Shown in pieces: positions 32,675 to 43,637 of a stretch of DNA of 64,000 bases (the first letter of the stretch is position 1; each line of letters opens with the position of its first letter). The notes beneath the pieces were generated by a model that did no database searches, was not told the origin of the DNA, and was given only the letters and a program-made list of their open reading frames with translations. Source of the DNA: Zancudomyces culisetae HAW-14-8 (Eukaryota > Fungi > Kickxellomycota); the NCBI GenBank assembly GCA_052426225.1, contig JBNJNM010000014.1, positions 62,001 to 126,000 on the forward strand, given 5' to 3'. Both the position numbers and the translations under genes were made by a program.

Positions 32675-35081
32675 ATTGGTAAACCTTTTGTGCTGTTTTT
32701 TCCCCCTTTTATTAATACTCTGCTTTGTTTTGTTTTACCATGGTACGAATGTTTGTATTTTGAGATTGAATATCGGAATAAATATATAAAGACAACTGAA
32801 AAAAAAAACAGTAGAAACCAACTCGAGTTAAACAATTTATATAATTCTTACTTGGAAAATTAAGGTGTGATATATGCTTATGATGCTTCAAGCGTTTAAA
32901 ATATTTTATAAACTAAACCAATCTATAAATATTGCTTGAATTCTGTAATTATATTTATAGATAATGAAATGTTTCATTTATTTTTAGATGTTGGATAAAT
33001 TATCAAGGTGAAAATATTACAATGTGTAGAATTATCAAACTTTTCAACGGGTTAGATATATATAAAGAACCAAGCGTTGAGCTATATACAGAAAATGGGT
33101 TTGTATTTATATCATTATTTTCAGGTAAAGTATCGAGTTTGTGCTAAAATACGTTTTTTATTTTAGATTGAGGAAACTAGGCTAAACAATGACAATGTCA
33201 ATTACACTTGGTAATTAAAAAAACGATATTGAAAAATAAAAGTAAACAATGCTGGCAATTGATCAACAAGAGTGTGTGGAAAGCGATGTATGATGATTCA
33301 AGACAACAGTATTTGATTATTCCAAGTACCTTGCAGGTACATTGCGATGCACTGTAAAATAAAAGAAAAACAACGTTCTTTTTTTTCCGTATTAAATAAT
33401 GTGAATAATCTATATATTGAAATTAATAATAATAATAATAAAAAGTAAATAAAATGGCAAAGGGAGGGGAGAGTTGAGAAAAAAACGGATGTATTTTGGC
33501 CCAATAATAAATTATGAGTTTGATTTTTTAGACTTTTAAGAAATAGAATGCTTGATAAAAACTATGTTTTACTTATTTAAAAATTCATTCGAGATAGTCT
33601 ATTTAGCGTTAATTTTCATTTAGTTTAATTTAGTTTAATTAATCTTGATTTGATAACCAAGAAAAAAAGAGAGAATTAATACAAAATGAAATACTGGGAA
33701 AAAGAGTTGAGAGTGAAAGTTAAAGGAGGTTGAAACTGGTATGTAAAGATATTGATGACGAGAGTTTATACTTGGAAGAAGAGATAAAAGAAAAAGAGTA
33801 GTGTATTTTTTTGTATGGTTTCGTTTGATTTTGGAATGAGAGATAATGTTTACCACCATGGAGGATTGAAATAATGAGATTGGTTACCACAAAAAAGGGA
33901 AGATGGAGAATGGAAGATGTGGGGGGGGGGGGGAGAGTGAGGGTAAGGGTGAGGGTAAGGATCCATGAAATTGATGATTGTTTTCAGAATGATTTTAGTG
34001 GGTTGTAAATAAAGATCATGGTTATTTTATTTATTTAAAGAGAGGTGAATGTGCGTGGAATGTGTGTGGATGTGTGTAAAGAATGGGTGAATGAGTGAAT
34101 GAGTGAGGGTGTATGTGTTCTGAGGATATGGAAGGGGTTGGAATTATATTACAAGAATTAAAGGAATAAACAAAACCGGACTTGAAATAAAAACATCAAC
34201 AACAACAAAAAATTAAACCAAGACGAGTAAATTACCAAAACAAAAATTTACTAGCAATGTACAATTATAACATTATTGTTGTATAATTATAATTATTACT
34301 AATAACTAGTGCTTTTAGGGTTATATATTTCCATTACATTAAAAAAAAATTCTAAATGGTAAATAAAAAAAAATAATTTACAAGACAAAATAAAGCAGTC
34401 AGGTTATTGGACAACATGGGTAAAAACAAATAAAAGCAAAAATAAATTGGAGCTTCAAAATAGCAATGCTTTCCATTGTTATTATTGATTTCAAGCTTAT
34501 ATAATTCTGAATTCTCTGCAAAAAAAAAAATAAAAAAAAATTTCTGTAAATTATATATCTGAGAAATAAAAAAGTAAATAAATAAATGGGTATTGTGTTT
34601 GAATAGGATGAAAAGAATAGTATAAAAGATACCATACATGAATAAATAAATGTATATTTACGCTTAAAAACCTGTCTAGAGAGAATAAAAGGTGCTATAT
34701 ATAGTTGGGAAGGTAAAAGTGAGAGATACTTGAAACAAAGCAGAATAGACTTTGAAACGAAAATAATATTGAAAAAAACCGACAAAAAGAAAAAGAAAAT
34801 AACGTGAAATTTCAACAACAACAACAACAACAACAATAACAATAACAGCTGCAATTGAATTTATTCTATAAAGGTGAGAAGAAAGGGATATTAACGATAG
34901 AGGAAATACACAAGGTTGAATATATAAATAGATTTGGAAAAGAAAACAAAAATAATAGTAAACGCTGAGATATACCAAAAACGAAACAATATCATATATA
35001 AGTATAAATATACAGGGGAAAGAAAAGACAATAGACGCATGTAAAATAAATTAAATTAAAAGAAAACAAAAGAAGAAAAAA

Positions 35082-36737
35082 ATGTCTGCAAGTGTAATGG
35101 AAAAGGATAGTCGTATAAACAAGGAAAAAAAGAGTAGCAGTAGTAATAGTAGTAGTAATAGTAGAGAAAGGGGTGGAGTTGGAAGTGGTGGTGGGAGTGG
35201 GGGAGGAGGTGGAGGTGGAGGGAATACATTAGCGGCAAGTTTAAAGACGTTTTTTACAAGAAGATTAAGGTATTCACAGTCGATTCCCAACTTGTGGGCC
35301 GAAAAAGAGAAGGAAAAGGAAAAGGAAAAAGAGAGAGAAAGGGAAGATAGAATGAAGCGAAAGAGTAATGAAAGTAGAATATTAGAGGAAAAAGCCAAGG
35401 AAGAAGCCAAGGCAAAGACAAGGGAAAAAGAAATGAAAAAACGAATAACGCAACATGCAAGTAGTTTTGAGTTGGGGGGTAAAAAGGAGAAGAAATGGAA
35501 AGTGATGGAAGGAGGGAAGTTTGGGAGTAAGCGTATTAAAGGATTTAGTTTGGAAAGTACAAAGGAGGAAGAAGTAGAAGAGGAAGCAGAAGCAAAAGCA
35601 GAGGCAGAAGGAGAAAAAGAAAAAGAAAAAGAAAAAGAAAAGCTAGGAATGAATATAGGAAGGGGAGTAGAAGTGGGGATGATGAAAGGAATTAAAGAGG
35701 TAGAAAGAAGTGAAAAAGTAGAAGCGTGGATAGTAGGTGAGGATGGGGAAATGGGAAAAAAGGAAAGTAAGAGTAAAGGGAGGAGTAAAAGAGGAAGAAA
35801 GAATAGCGAGTATAAGGTGATGGTAGAGACGGGGGGAGGTAGGAAGTGGTATGTGTATCGGACAATGGAGGATTTCCGGGTATTTTATAGCAAGGTTAAG
35901 GAGCAGTATCCCGAGGTAAATATAGGAGGATTTCCACAAAAGACGGGAGGGCTTGGGGGGTTGGGAATAGGAGGGGGGATAGGAGGGGGAAGCAGTTCCA
36001 AGATAGAGAAAAAGATGAATGAGATGTTGAAGAGGATGTTGGGAGAGGAGGAAATCAAGACAAGTTATTTGGTGCGCAGATTTTTGGCAATACAAGATGG
36101 GGAGAACAATAGAAGAGTGTCAAGATTTATTACTAGCAATATTGATGACAATAATAGCAATAGTAACAATATTTACATTGATATTGATATGAACATGAAT
36201 AGTAGTAGTGTAGAAATGAATAACATGAATAGTAGTGAAGAGATAAAGACATTGGTAGATGGTAAATCCAAAGAATATATTAGACAATTACAGCAAGAAG
36301 AAGGAGGAGGAGGAGGAGGAGAAGGAGGAGAAGGAGAAGGAGAAGGAGACAGAAAAGGAGAAGCAAAGGAAGAAGGAGGAGGAGAAAAGGAGGAAATGGA
36401 AATGAATCTAGATTTAAATTTAGAATTGGGGATGGGGTTAGGATTAGAACTGGGAAAGGGATTGGAACGAATCAAGAGGTTATATTCAGCAACGGAGAAC
36501 GTAGAAAAGGCAGCAGAGGTGGAGCAAGAATTGGGGATCCAGTTAGGAGTAGAGATGGAAACGGTGTTTCTGGACACTAGTGAGCAGTCACGACGAGCAG
36601 TAGAGCGCAAGATGAGTAGGAAGCGAGAGGGGAGGAGAAGAGAGAGTACGACGACTCCATGTAAACGACGACGGGTTGTGGGAGTACAGGCGATGAGGAA
36701 ACGGTTTGGATTCCGACGAGAAGTACAAGTAGTTGGA

Positions 36738-36768
<31 letters not shown>

Positions 36769-38117
36769 AACAACAGCAACAGCAACAGGATTATTCAAGT
36801 GATACGGCAGACGAGGTAGAGACAGATTTGGAGTTGTTGGCGCGACGTAAACACAAAGTCAGTATAGACGATTTCCATTTGCTGAGTATTATAGGAAAGG
36901 GATCGTATGGACAAGTAATGTTGGCACGGCACAAGGACACAGCGCGGGTATATGCAATCAAGGTGATGTCGAAGGCCAAGCTGATCAAGACGGGCGATGT
37001 GCGGCGGGTGATGGCGGAGCGACATGTGTTGCGGCAGGTTGTGCACCATCCGTTTCTGGTGGGGCTGGAGTATGCGTTCCAGACGCCCGAGAAGTTGTAT
37101 TTGTGTTTGGATTATGTGAATGGAGGCGAGTTGTTTTTCCATTTGCAGAACGAGACGCGGTTTTCTGAGAACCGAGCGCGGTTTTATGTTGCTGAGCTGA
37201 CTAGTGCGTTGGGGTATTTGCACGGGTTGGGCATTATCTATCGCGACCTCAAGCCGGAGAACTGCTTGCTGGATGCGAATGGCCACATCAAGATAGTTGA
37301 TTTTGGGTTGGCCAAGATTCTGATTGATAGCAAGGGTCCTGACGATGCTCGCACTTCGACATTTTGTGGCACGCCTGAGTACCTAGCACCCGAGGTTCTG
37401 CAGCGTCGTGCGTATGGCAAGGAGGTTGACTGGTACTGTCTGGGTGCATTGTTGTACGAGATGATTGTTGGGCTGCCACCGTTTTATTCGTCAAAGACGT
37501 CGGAGATGTACCGGCGGATTCTGACGGAGCCGTTGTTGTTTCCGAAATCGAATGCGAGTCCGTTGACGATAGATTTTATATTGCGGTTGATGGACCGCGA
37601 TCCGACGCGGCGGCTTGGGTATGGGTTGTTTGGGACGGAGTCGGTGAAGGCGCATTTGTTTTTCTATGGGATTGACTGGGCCAAGGTGTACAATATGGAG
37701 TATTTGCCTCCGTTTGTTCCTCCCCACGGGTCGATTTTTGATCTGTCGAATATTGCACCCGAGTTCCGCAACCTGCCGATTCCCGACTCGATTTTGAATG
37801 ATGGGAAGTCGCCCTTGTTGTTGGCTATTGAGTACCAATCCAACCATTCCCACCAATCACATCAACAATCCTTTGTACAACAACAACATCAACATTTACC
37901 TGTTGCGAATAAATTCCCTGATTTAATCTCCAAGAATTTCATGTTGGATCATTTGTTTAATCCAAACAAACTGAATAATTCTCTGGCCAAGGCTTTACTT
38001 ACAAATTCGTATAACTCTTTAAACAACAACAACAATAATAATAATGATAATAATAATAATCCTACTATAGACGATACTACAAATGCCTTTAGAGGTTTTT
38101 CTTTTGATTCTGTTTAG
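35082..38117 (+). CDS. PX-domain AGC Ser/Thr kinase, SGK/Ypk family (SGK3-like architecture), 1011 aa
   Basis: Kinase motifs IGKGSYG, AIK, YRDLKPEN, DFG, TSTFCGTPEYLAPE and hydrophobic motif FRGFSF. PX-like segment YKVMV...WYVYRTMEDFRVFYSKVKEQYP...FPQK...LVRRFL. Confidence 0.9.
36738..36788 (+). repeat. CAG/CAA polyglutamine tract (Q17) in the kinase
   Basis: 17 consecutive CAG/CAA codons. Confidence 0.9.
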
Positions 38118-38198
38118 TTTTATTTCTTTATTTATTCAATTATTTATTTATTAATTATATAAATATAAATATAAATAAAATAAAATATAAATTAAAAA

Positions 38199-39984
38199 CT
38201 AATTCTTTTGGTTTCTCATTGCAAAAGTTATAATATCCATTGCTGTCAATATATGTATTGGCCTAAACGCTACGCGTTCACTATCTACCGCAACACGTTC
38301 CGTCACTATAGCAGCTGAATGTCGCTCGAAAAAGTCTTCCAATGACGATAGTGGAGTATCCAAATCAATTTCTCGATACTTGTTACCACCCATTGCTGTT
38401 GCTCCTCCACTTCCACTTCCTCTTCCTGCTGTTGTTGTTGCAGCTCCTCCTGTGTGTGTATTGCTATTGTTGGCTCTTGTGTTGAATTTAAACATTACTT
38501 CTGATACTGGTGCTGATGGCGATGAAACTCGTCCTGATGTCACATAACTAACTATGTTTCCCAACGTCACAAATCCTTTCAAACTACTGTCGCCATGTGA
38601 TATCACTGGAACCATATCAAATCCTTCACTCACCATCAATTGACTCGCCTCGCCTATACTCGTCGTATCACTCACCACTGATGCCTGTTGCAAATTCAAG
38701 TCTCGCACTGTTGCGCCTTCCAATGAATATATCCGGCTACGTGTTGTCTGTCTCCCCGCATCTCCTCCTGTACCTGTCGATTTGCCTTGTCCTTGTCCTT
38801 GTCCTTGTCCTTCACTTTGCACTGGTTCTTGTGTCTTTAATACTGGCAGTTTATCCACAATCTTGTTTTTAACAAGCCATTGATCATCCAAAAACTTGCT
38901 CATGTAATTCTTTATTGAATCTGGCAATATCACAACACACGTCTTGCCTGCTCCCAACCCTTTCGCCTTGATTGCCTCTACTGCCGCATACATTGCTGCT
39001 CCCGACGACCCTCCACACAACAATCCTTCCTCGCGTATCAACTTGCGCGCCATCAAAAACGAAGCTGTATCATTCGTCTTGACCCACATATCAATCACAT
39101 CATGGTCCAGTGTCTTGGGCACAAAATCGTATCCTATTCCCTCCACCAAATACGGCTTGATTTGCGTCAAGTCAATGTTTTGTGGTGTTGCCAGAATCGA
39201 CCCCACTGGATCTGCTCCCACCACCACACACTCTGGGTTGTGCTCCTTGATCTTCCGTGCCGCTCCCGTTATCGTCCCTCCTGTTCCCGCCCCCGCCACA
39301 AACATATCTACCTTCTTATTTCTATCCCCTGCCCCAATCGCCTCCACTATCTCTGCTCCCGTATGTTCATAGTGCGCTATTGGATTGTACGGGTTGTCGT
39401 ACTGGTTCAGAATCACCGAATCCTTAATCTCCCGGTTCAACCGCAACGCCACTCCGATATGTGACTCGGGTGCGTCCCACGCCGCCTCCGTTGGTGTTCT
39501 GATGATTTCTGCTCCCAGCGCCTTGAGCGTATTCACTTTTTCAAGACTCATCTTTTCTGGCATCGTGATTATACATCTATACCCCCGCAACACCGCTCCC
39601 AACGCCAATCCTATCCCCGTATTACCCGATGTCGGTTCTATCAGCGTACTAATCCCTGGCTTCAAAACCCCGCTCTTTTCCGCCTCATCTATCATTTTCA
39701 GTGCTATTCTGTCCTTTACCGAACCTCCTGGATTGAAATACTCGCACTTGCCGTATAGCTCGCATTCCAGTCCTTGCGATCTTGCAAACCGGTCTAGTCT
39801 TACCAGTGGCGTCTGCCCGATGCATTCCAATACATCATTGTATACTCTTGATCCTTTGTTCCTATTTTTCAAGTTTTATACATTAATGTATTACTTTGCT
39901 AATATACTAAATACCCTTTCTCCTCTTCTAAATTGCTCGAAATGTTTTTTATTTTTATATTTATTTTCTAGTAAACTCTTACAT
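38199..39984 (-). CDS. CYS4: Cystathionine beta-synthase; complement(join(38199..39861,39983..39984))
   Basis: PLP motifs KCEYFNPGGSVKDR, EPTSGNTG, GAGTGGT and EGIG, plus C-terminal CBS-pair domain. No N-terminal heme domain. The ATG is formed by splicing AT|GTAAGA...AATAG|G. Confidence 0.95.
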
Positions 39985-40970
39985 TATTACACTGATACTT
40001 TTTTTTTGCCTTTATACTTTTAGCGTCTTACTTTTTTTTTAATTTATTGAAATCTTTACTTTTTCCAAAAATACGATAATTCTACCACACTTGGTTGTAT
40101 ATATATATATATATGTTATTAAGGTATTATTTTTACAGTCCTACTCTTTCCCAATATTTTTAGCTTGGTCTTTGCTTTGTATGGTATGTTGGTTGTGGGT
40201 GGACTTTATTTTATTTTTTTATTATTTCTTTTTATTTTATTTTTTTTGGCGGTGTTTCAGATTATGCAACTTGAAAATTAAATGCTTATTTTGTTTATTA
40301 TATTTTCCTAATTATATGCTTATTTTGGCTAATTACTTTGCTTATTTCTTGGTTGCTTTTTTTTATTTTTTTTATTTTTTTAATTTTGGGCTCATATTTT
40401 AATTGTTTATACATTATTTGAATTGCAAATGGAATGTTTTTTTCCACCACACCACACGACACCACAACTTGCCTCAACTCAACTCACATCCTTTCAACTA
40501 GGATATTACGTGACTTTATCAATTGATAATACCCCCATCCCCCCCCCTACCAAAATACTTGCTCAAATAAACGGAAAATCCAAATTGTTATTAGTAATAA
40601 AAAGCGGCAAATATATTCAAAACTCCTATTTCATTTTTGCACCTTAATCTACCAATAAAACTACCATTATATACGGATGAGATGATTTAATTATAATATT
40701 GCTAATATATAATATAAAAGTTTATTAGTGTCAAGAGTAAAGCATGGGTGTACATCAATCCTTAACAACCATCCCAATTTTTATTTTTTATTTTTTATTC
40801 ATTGTTATTTATTTGTATATTCTTTCCAAAACTAGCATAAAATAAAATAAAATAGAAAAGAACAAGGACAAGAGGTAATGTTGGCCAGTTCAAGACCTAC
40901 CCTTTATTAGCTCAAGTATATTGAAGGGATATACTCACAACCAATCCAAGCTCGCACCATTATTACCATT

Positions 40971-41011
<41 letters not shown>

Positions 41012-41076
41012 CTCCTCCTATTTTTCCTCTATTTTTCTTCTTCCTCACCTTTTCCCCCACCCCAAATATCCTATCT

Positions 41077-41664
41077 TTATTGATTTCCAGGACAAGCATA
41101 CAAGTCCAAGTTGCAAGTTGCACAATTCGACGACTTGTGAATCAAGTAGTAGTCGAGACAAGAAATGTGGAACACATCGCCACATGGTATTGAGCGGATT
41201 GGTGCGTTCTGTGGAACTTGGTTACCACACAACCTACAAGTCACTTCATGTTTCACCGCTTCTCTTTTATCTGTACTTCCGTATCCACTTCCACTTCCAC
41301 TCCCACTTGCATTACCATTACCATTACCATTCCAGACAATAACTGAAAACTTTTCCACCTCGTGTGGTGACTTGAACTTTGTCGGCGTATATTTTGGCAA
41401 CCCCTCCGTATTTTCATCCGAATACTGAGGTTGTTGCGGCTCCAACGCTGCAAACTTAGTGTTACTGGGTCGGTCGGGTATAAAGGTCCCTGGAGCTTGC
41501 TGTTCCTCCAAAAACATTCGCTCCTCCTCGATTATACGTTGTCGGTTATGCCTTGCCCGCACAATTCCAACCACAATACTCAGTATAATAGCACAAACAA
41601 AAAAGATATTAAATATCATGTTTATAGTATCATAACCGATATTAATACCTTTTGCTAAATACAT
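41077..41664 (-). CDS. Single-pass membrane protein with C-terminal RING-H2-like finger, 195 aa
   Basis: Hydrophobic IFNIFFVCAIILSIVVGIV followed by basic residues, LPKY motif, and CRLC...CGDVFHISC...CATC. Confidence 0.8.
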   Translation of the reverse strand: MYLAKGINIGYDTINMIFNIFFVCAIILSIVVGIVRARHNRQRIIEEERMFLEEQQAPGTFIPDRPSNTKFAALEPQQPQYSDENTEGLPKYTPTKFKSPHEVEKFSVIVWNGNGNGNASGSGSGSGYGSTDKREAVKHEVTCRLCGNQVPQNAPIRSIPCGDVFHISCLDYYLIHKSSNCATCNLDLYACPGNQ

Positions 41665-42560
41665 GATCAGTGTTCTGTTTCTTTTCTTTTTTTTTCCTTT
41701 TTTATTGGGTGGGTGGGTTCCTTTTAAAAAATCTGTATTTATAACTACTTAGCCTAATTATGTGTATATTTAATTTTATAAGGATATTGTTTCATTTTTA
41801 CAAAGTTTGGGATTATCGTTTCCTTTTCCCCTTTTTATATACAATCTACTATATTCATTTCATTTCATTTCACTTCACACCATTCCAAAAAAAAATTTAA
41901 TTTAGATGGGAAAAATCAGCAAGAAGTATAGATTTCATCTAGTTTTATATGGTAAAGTCAAGGCAGGTTTTATTCTAATACGTTAAAAACTTGCGATGAT
42001 TTATATTTATTCCATTTTTTTTTATTATTCAGGCACATGACAATCTGCACAGTCAAAAAAAAAAAGAGCCTAAATAAATGTGTAGTGATATTCCCACTAT
42101 CTCTACAAACAATGCTGCCAAGAACAACTTGGTCCAATTGACTTGGTGTTGCCAATCTCGTCTGTTAAATAAAATAAAAAAGTAAGTATTATATACAGTT
42201 CTTTTTTTTGGAAAGTTTCACCGAAAACTTGGGTGTATATGTATATACATGTTTATTTGTATTTCAACATTTTTTTTTATTGTTTTTTTTTTATACATTC
42301 ATCAAGCCTTTTTGAATTAGAATAACAAACGACAACTATCCATACATGTATTTGATACTACCAACATCCTAGTAACATCTCAACCTCGGGTTAAGGGTAC
42401 AATTGGTGAGTGGGGGGGGGGGGGGGTTTAACGGGCTTAAGGGTTTGAGGGTTGAAATAGACTATTTATTATGAATCATCAAATATAATTCCGAGTTGTT
42501 TAAAGTTGCGTAATTTCGACATTAAAGGTTATTCTATTAACTAAAAATACTAGTAGGAGC

Positions 42561-43637
42561 CTAAAATATTAGTACCAAAAGTGATAATACAAGCAATATC
42601 AGAGGCGATCTTATGGGTTGTAAGATATCTGGAGTAGTTGTAATAGGAGCTGTATGCCCATGAGCCTCCATATTGGAAATTGCAGAGTAGTTGGGTACAG
42701 GCTTTGGACTTGGATCCAATAGGTACGACTCTTCGAGCCCTGTAACATTTACAATCCAGTCGATGTAATTGTACACGTTCGTGAAATAATTCGTTGTTGT
42801 TCTTCTTCCAAATGTAGCGCCTGCATAACCAGCATCACCGCCAGAGATGCCAATTGCACTCGCTACACCAACGAGGAGACTAGCTCCATCGTTTACATAC
42901 GTCAATGGATTGCCAGCATCGCCAAGTGACAAGCTTTTACCTCCTTTTGCCAGTGCACAAACAACGTTATCGTTGTTGTCTCGCCAGTTCATATTTCCTT
43001 CTTTACAAATACTGGAAGAGGAGGGCGATAGAGACACTTTATTCAGAGTGGAAGATCCTGCTGTCACCAGTCCCGGCGAGGCAGCACCCCAACCTGCTGT
43101 AACCAAATCCATACCATCTGTCGTATTTCCACTGTATATTGCTATCGGAGTAAAGATATTCTTTGGTACCGGAACGTACAACTCGAGAAGTGCAATGTCG
43201 TTTATTAGCGTCTTTGCGGAAAATCCAGGATGTATATATATTTCCTTTAATATAAAAAATGCGGATGAAGGATAATCATCTGTTTCGCCGCCAAAGGAGA
43301 GAATAGCTTCGCGTGAAGATACCGGTTTGGTAGCATTCTGGGTTAGCAAACAACTAGCCGCAGTTATTACCGTTTTTTCCGAAATAAGCGAAGCTCCGCA
43401 TAGTCTGAGATTAGAGCCTGTGTATACCAACATACTTCCTACATAGGGAAAATGTTGTACTTTGCTTTTTTTTCTACTGATCGACCTTACATTTCTCTGA
43501 AGGTTAACCGCCCGATTTCTCGATATACCAACATTTGTACCTATGTTGGCAACCGGACCGGCACACACCAAAGCACAGTACAAAAGGAAGAGCACTGCGG
43601 TAATGGCTTCGAAAAAGGAAAATTTGTTCGTATTCAT
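42561..43637 (-). CDS. Trypsin-family (S1A) serine protease homologue, catalytically inactive, probable GPI anchor, 358 aa
   Basis: ATG at 43637 precedes a signal peptide. Motifs CGASLIS...ITAASC, NDIALLEL, TAGWG, GDAGNPL and YIDWI; hydrophobic C-terminus LILLVLSLLVLIF. Confidence 0.88.
   Translation of the reverse strand: MNTNKFSFFEAITAVLFLLYCALVCAGPVANIGTNVGISRNRAVNLQRNVRSISRKKSKVQHFPYVGSMLVYTGSNLRLCGASLISEKTVITAASCLLTQNATKPVSSREAILSFGGETDDYPSSAFFILKEIYIHPGFSAKTLINDIALLELYVPVPKNIFTPIAIYSGNTTDGMDLVTAGWGAASPGLVTAGSSTLNKVSLSPSSSSICKEGNMNWRDNNDNVVCALAKGGKSLSLGDAGNPLTYVNDGASLLVGVASAIGISGGDAGYAGATFGRRTTTNYFTNVYNYIDWIVNVTGLEESYLLDPSPKPVPNYSAISNMEAHGHTAPITTTPDILQPIRSPLILLVLSLLVLIF

Noticed and set aside
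33298-35050. Several Phe/Leu/Ile-rich ORFs upstream of the kinase and around 40091..40647
   Set aside because: Low-complexity translations of A/T-skewed intergenic or UTR DNA with no family features.
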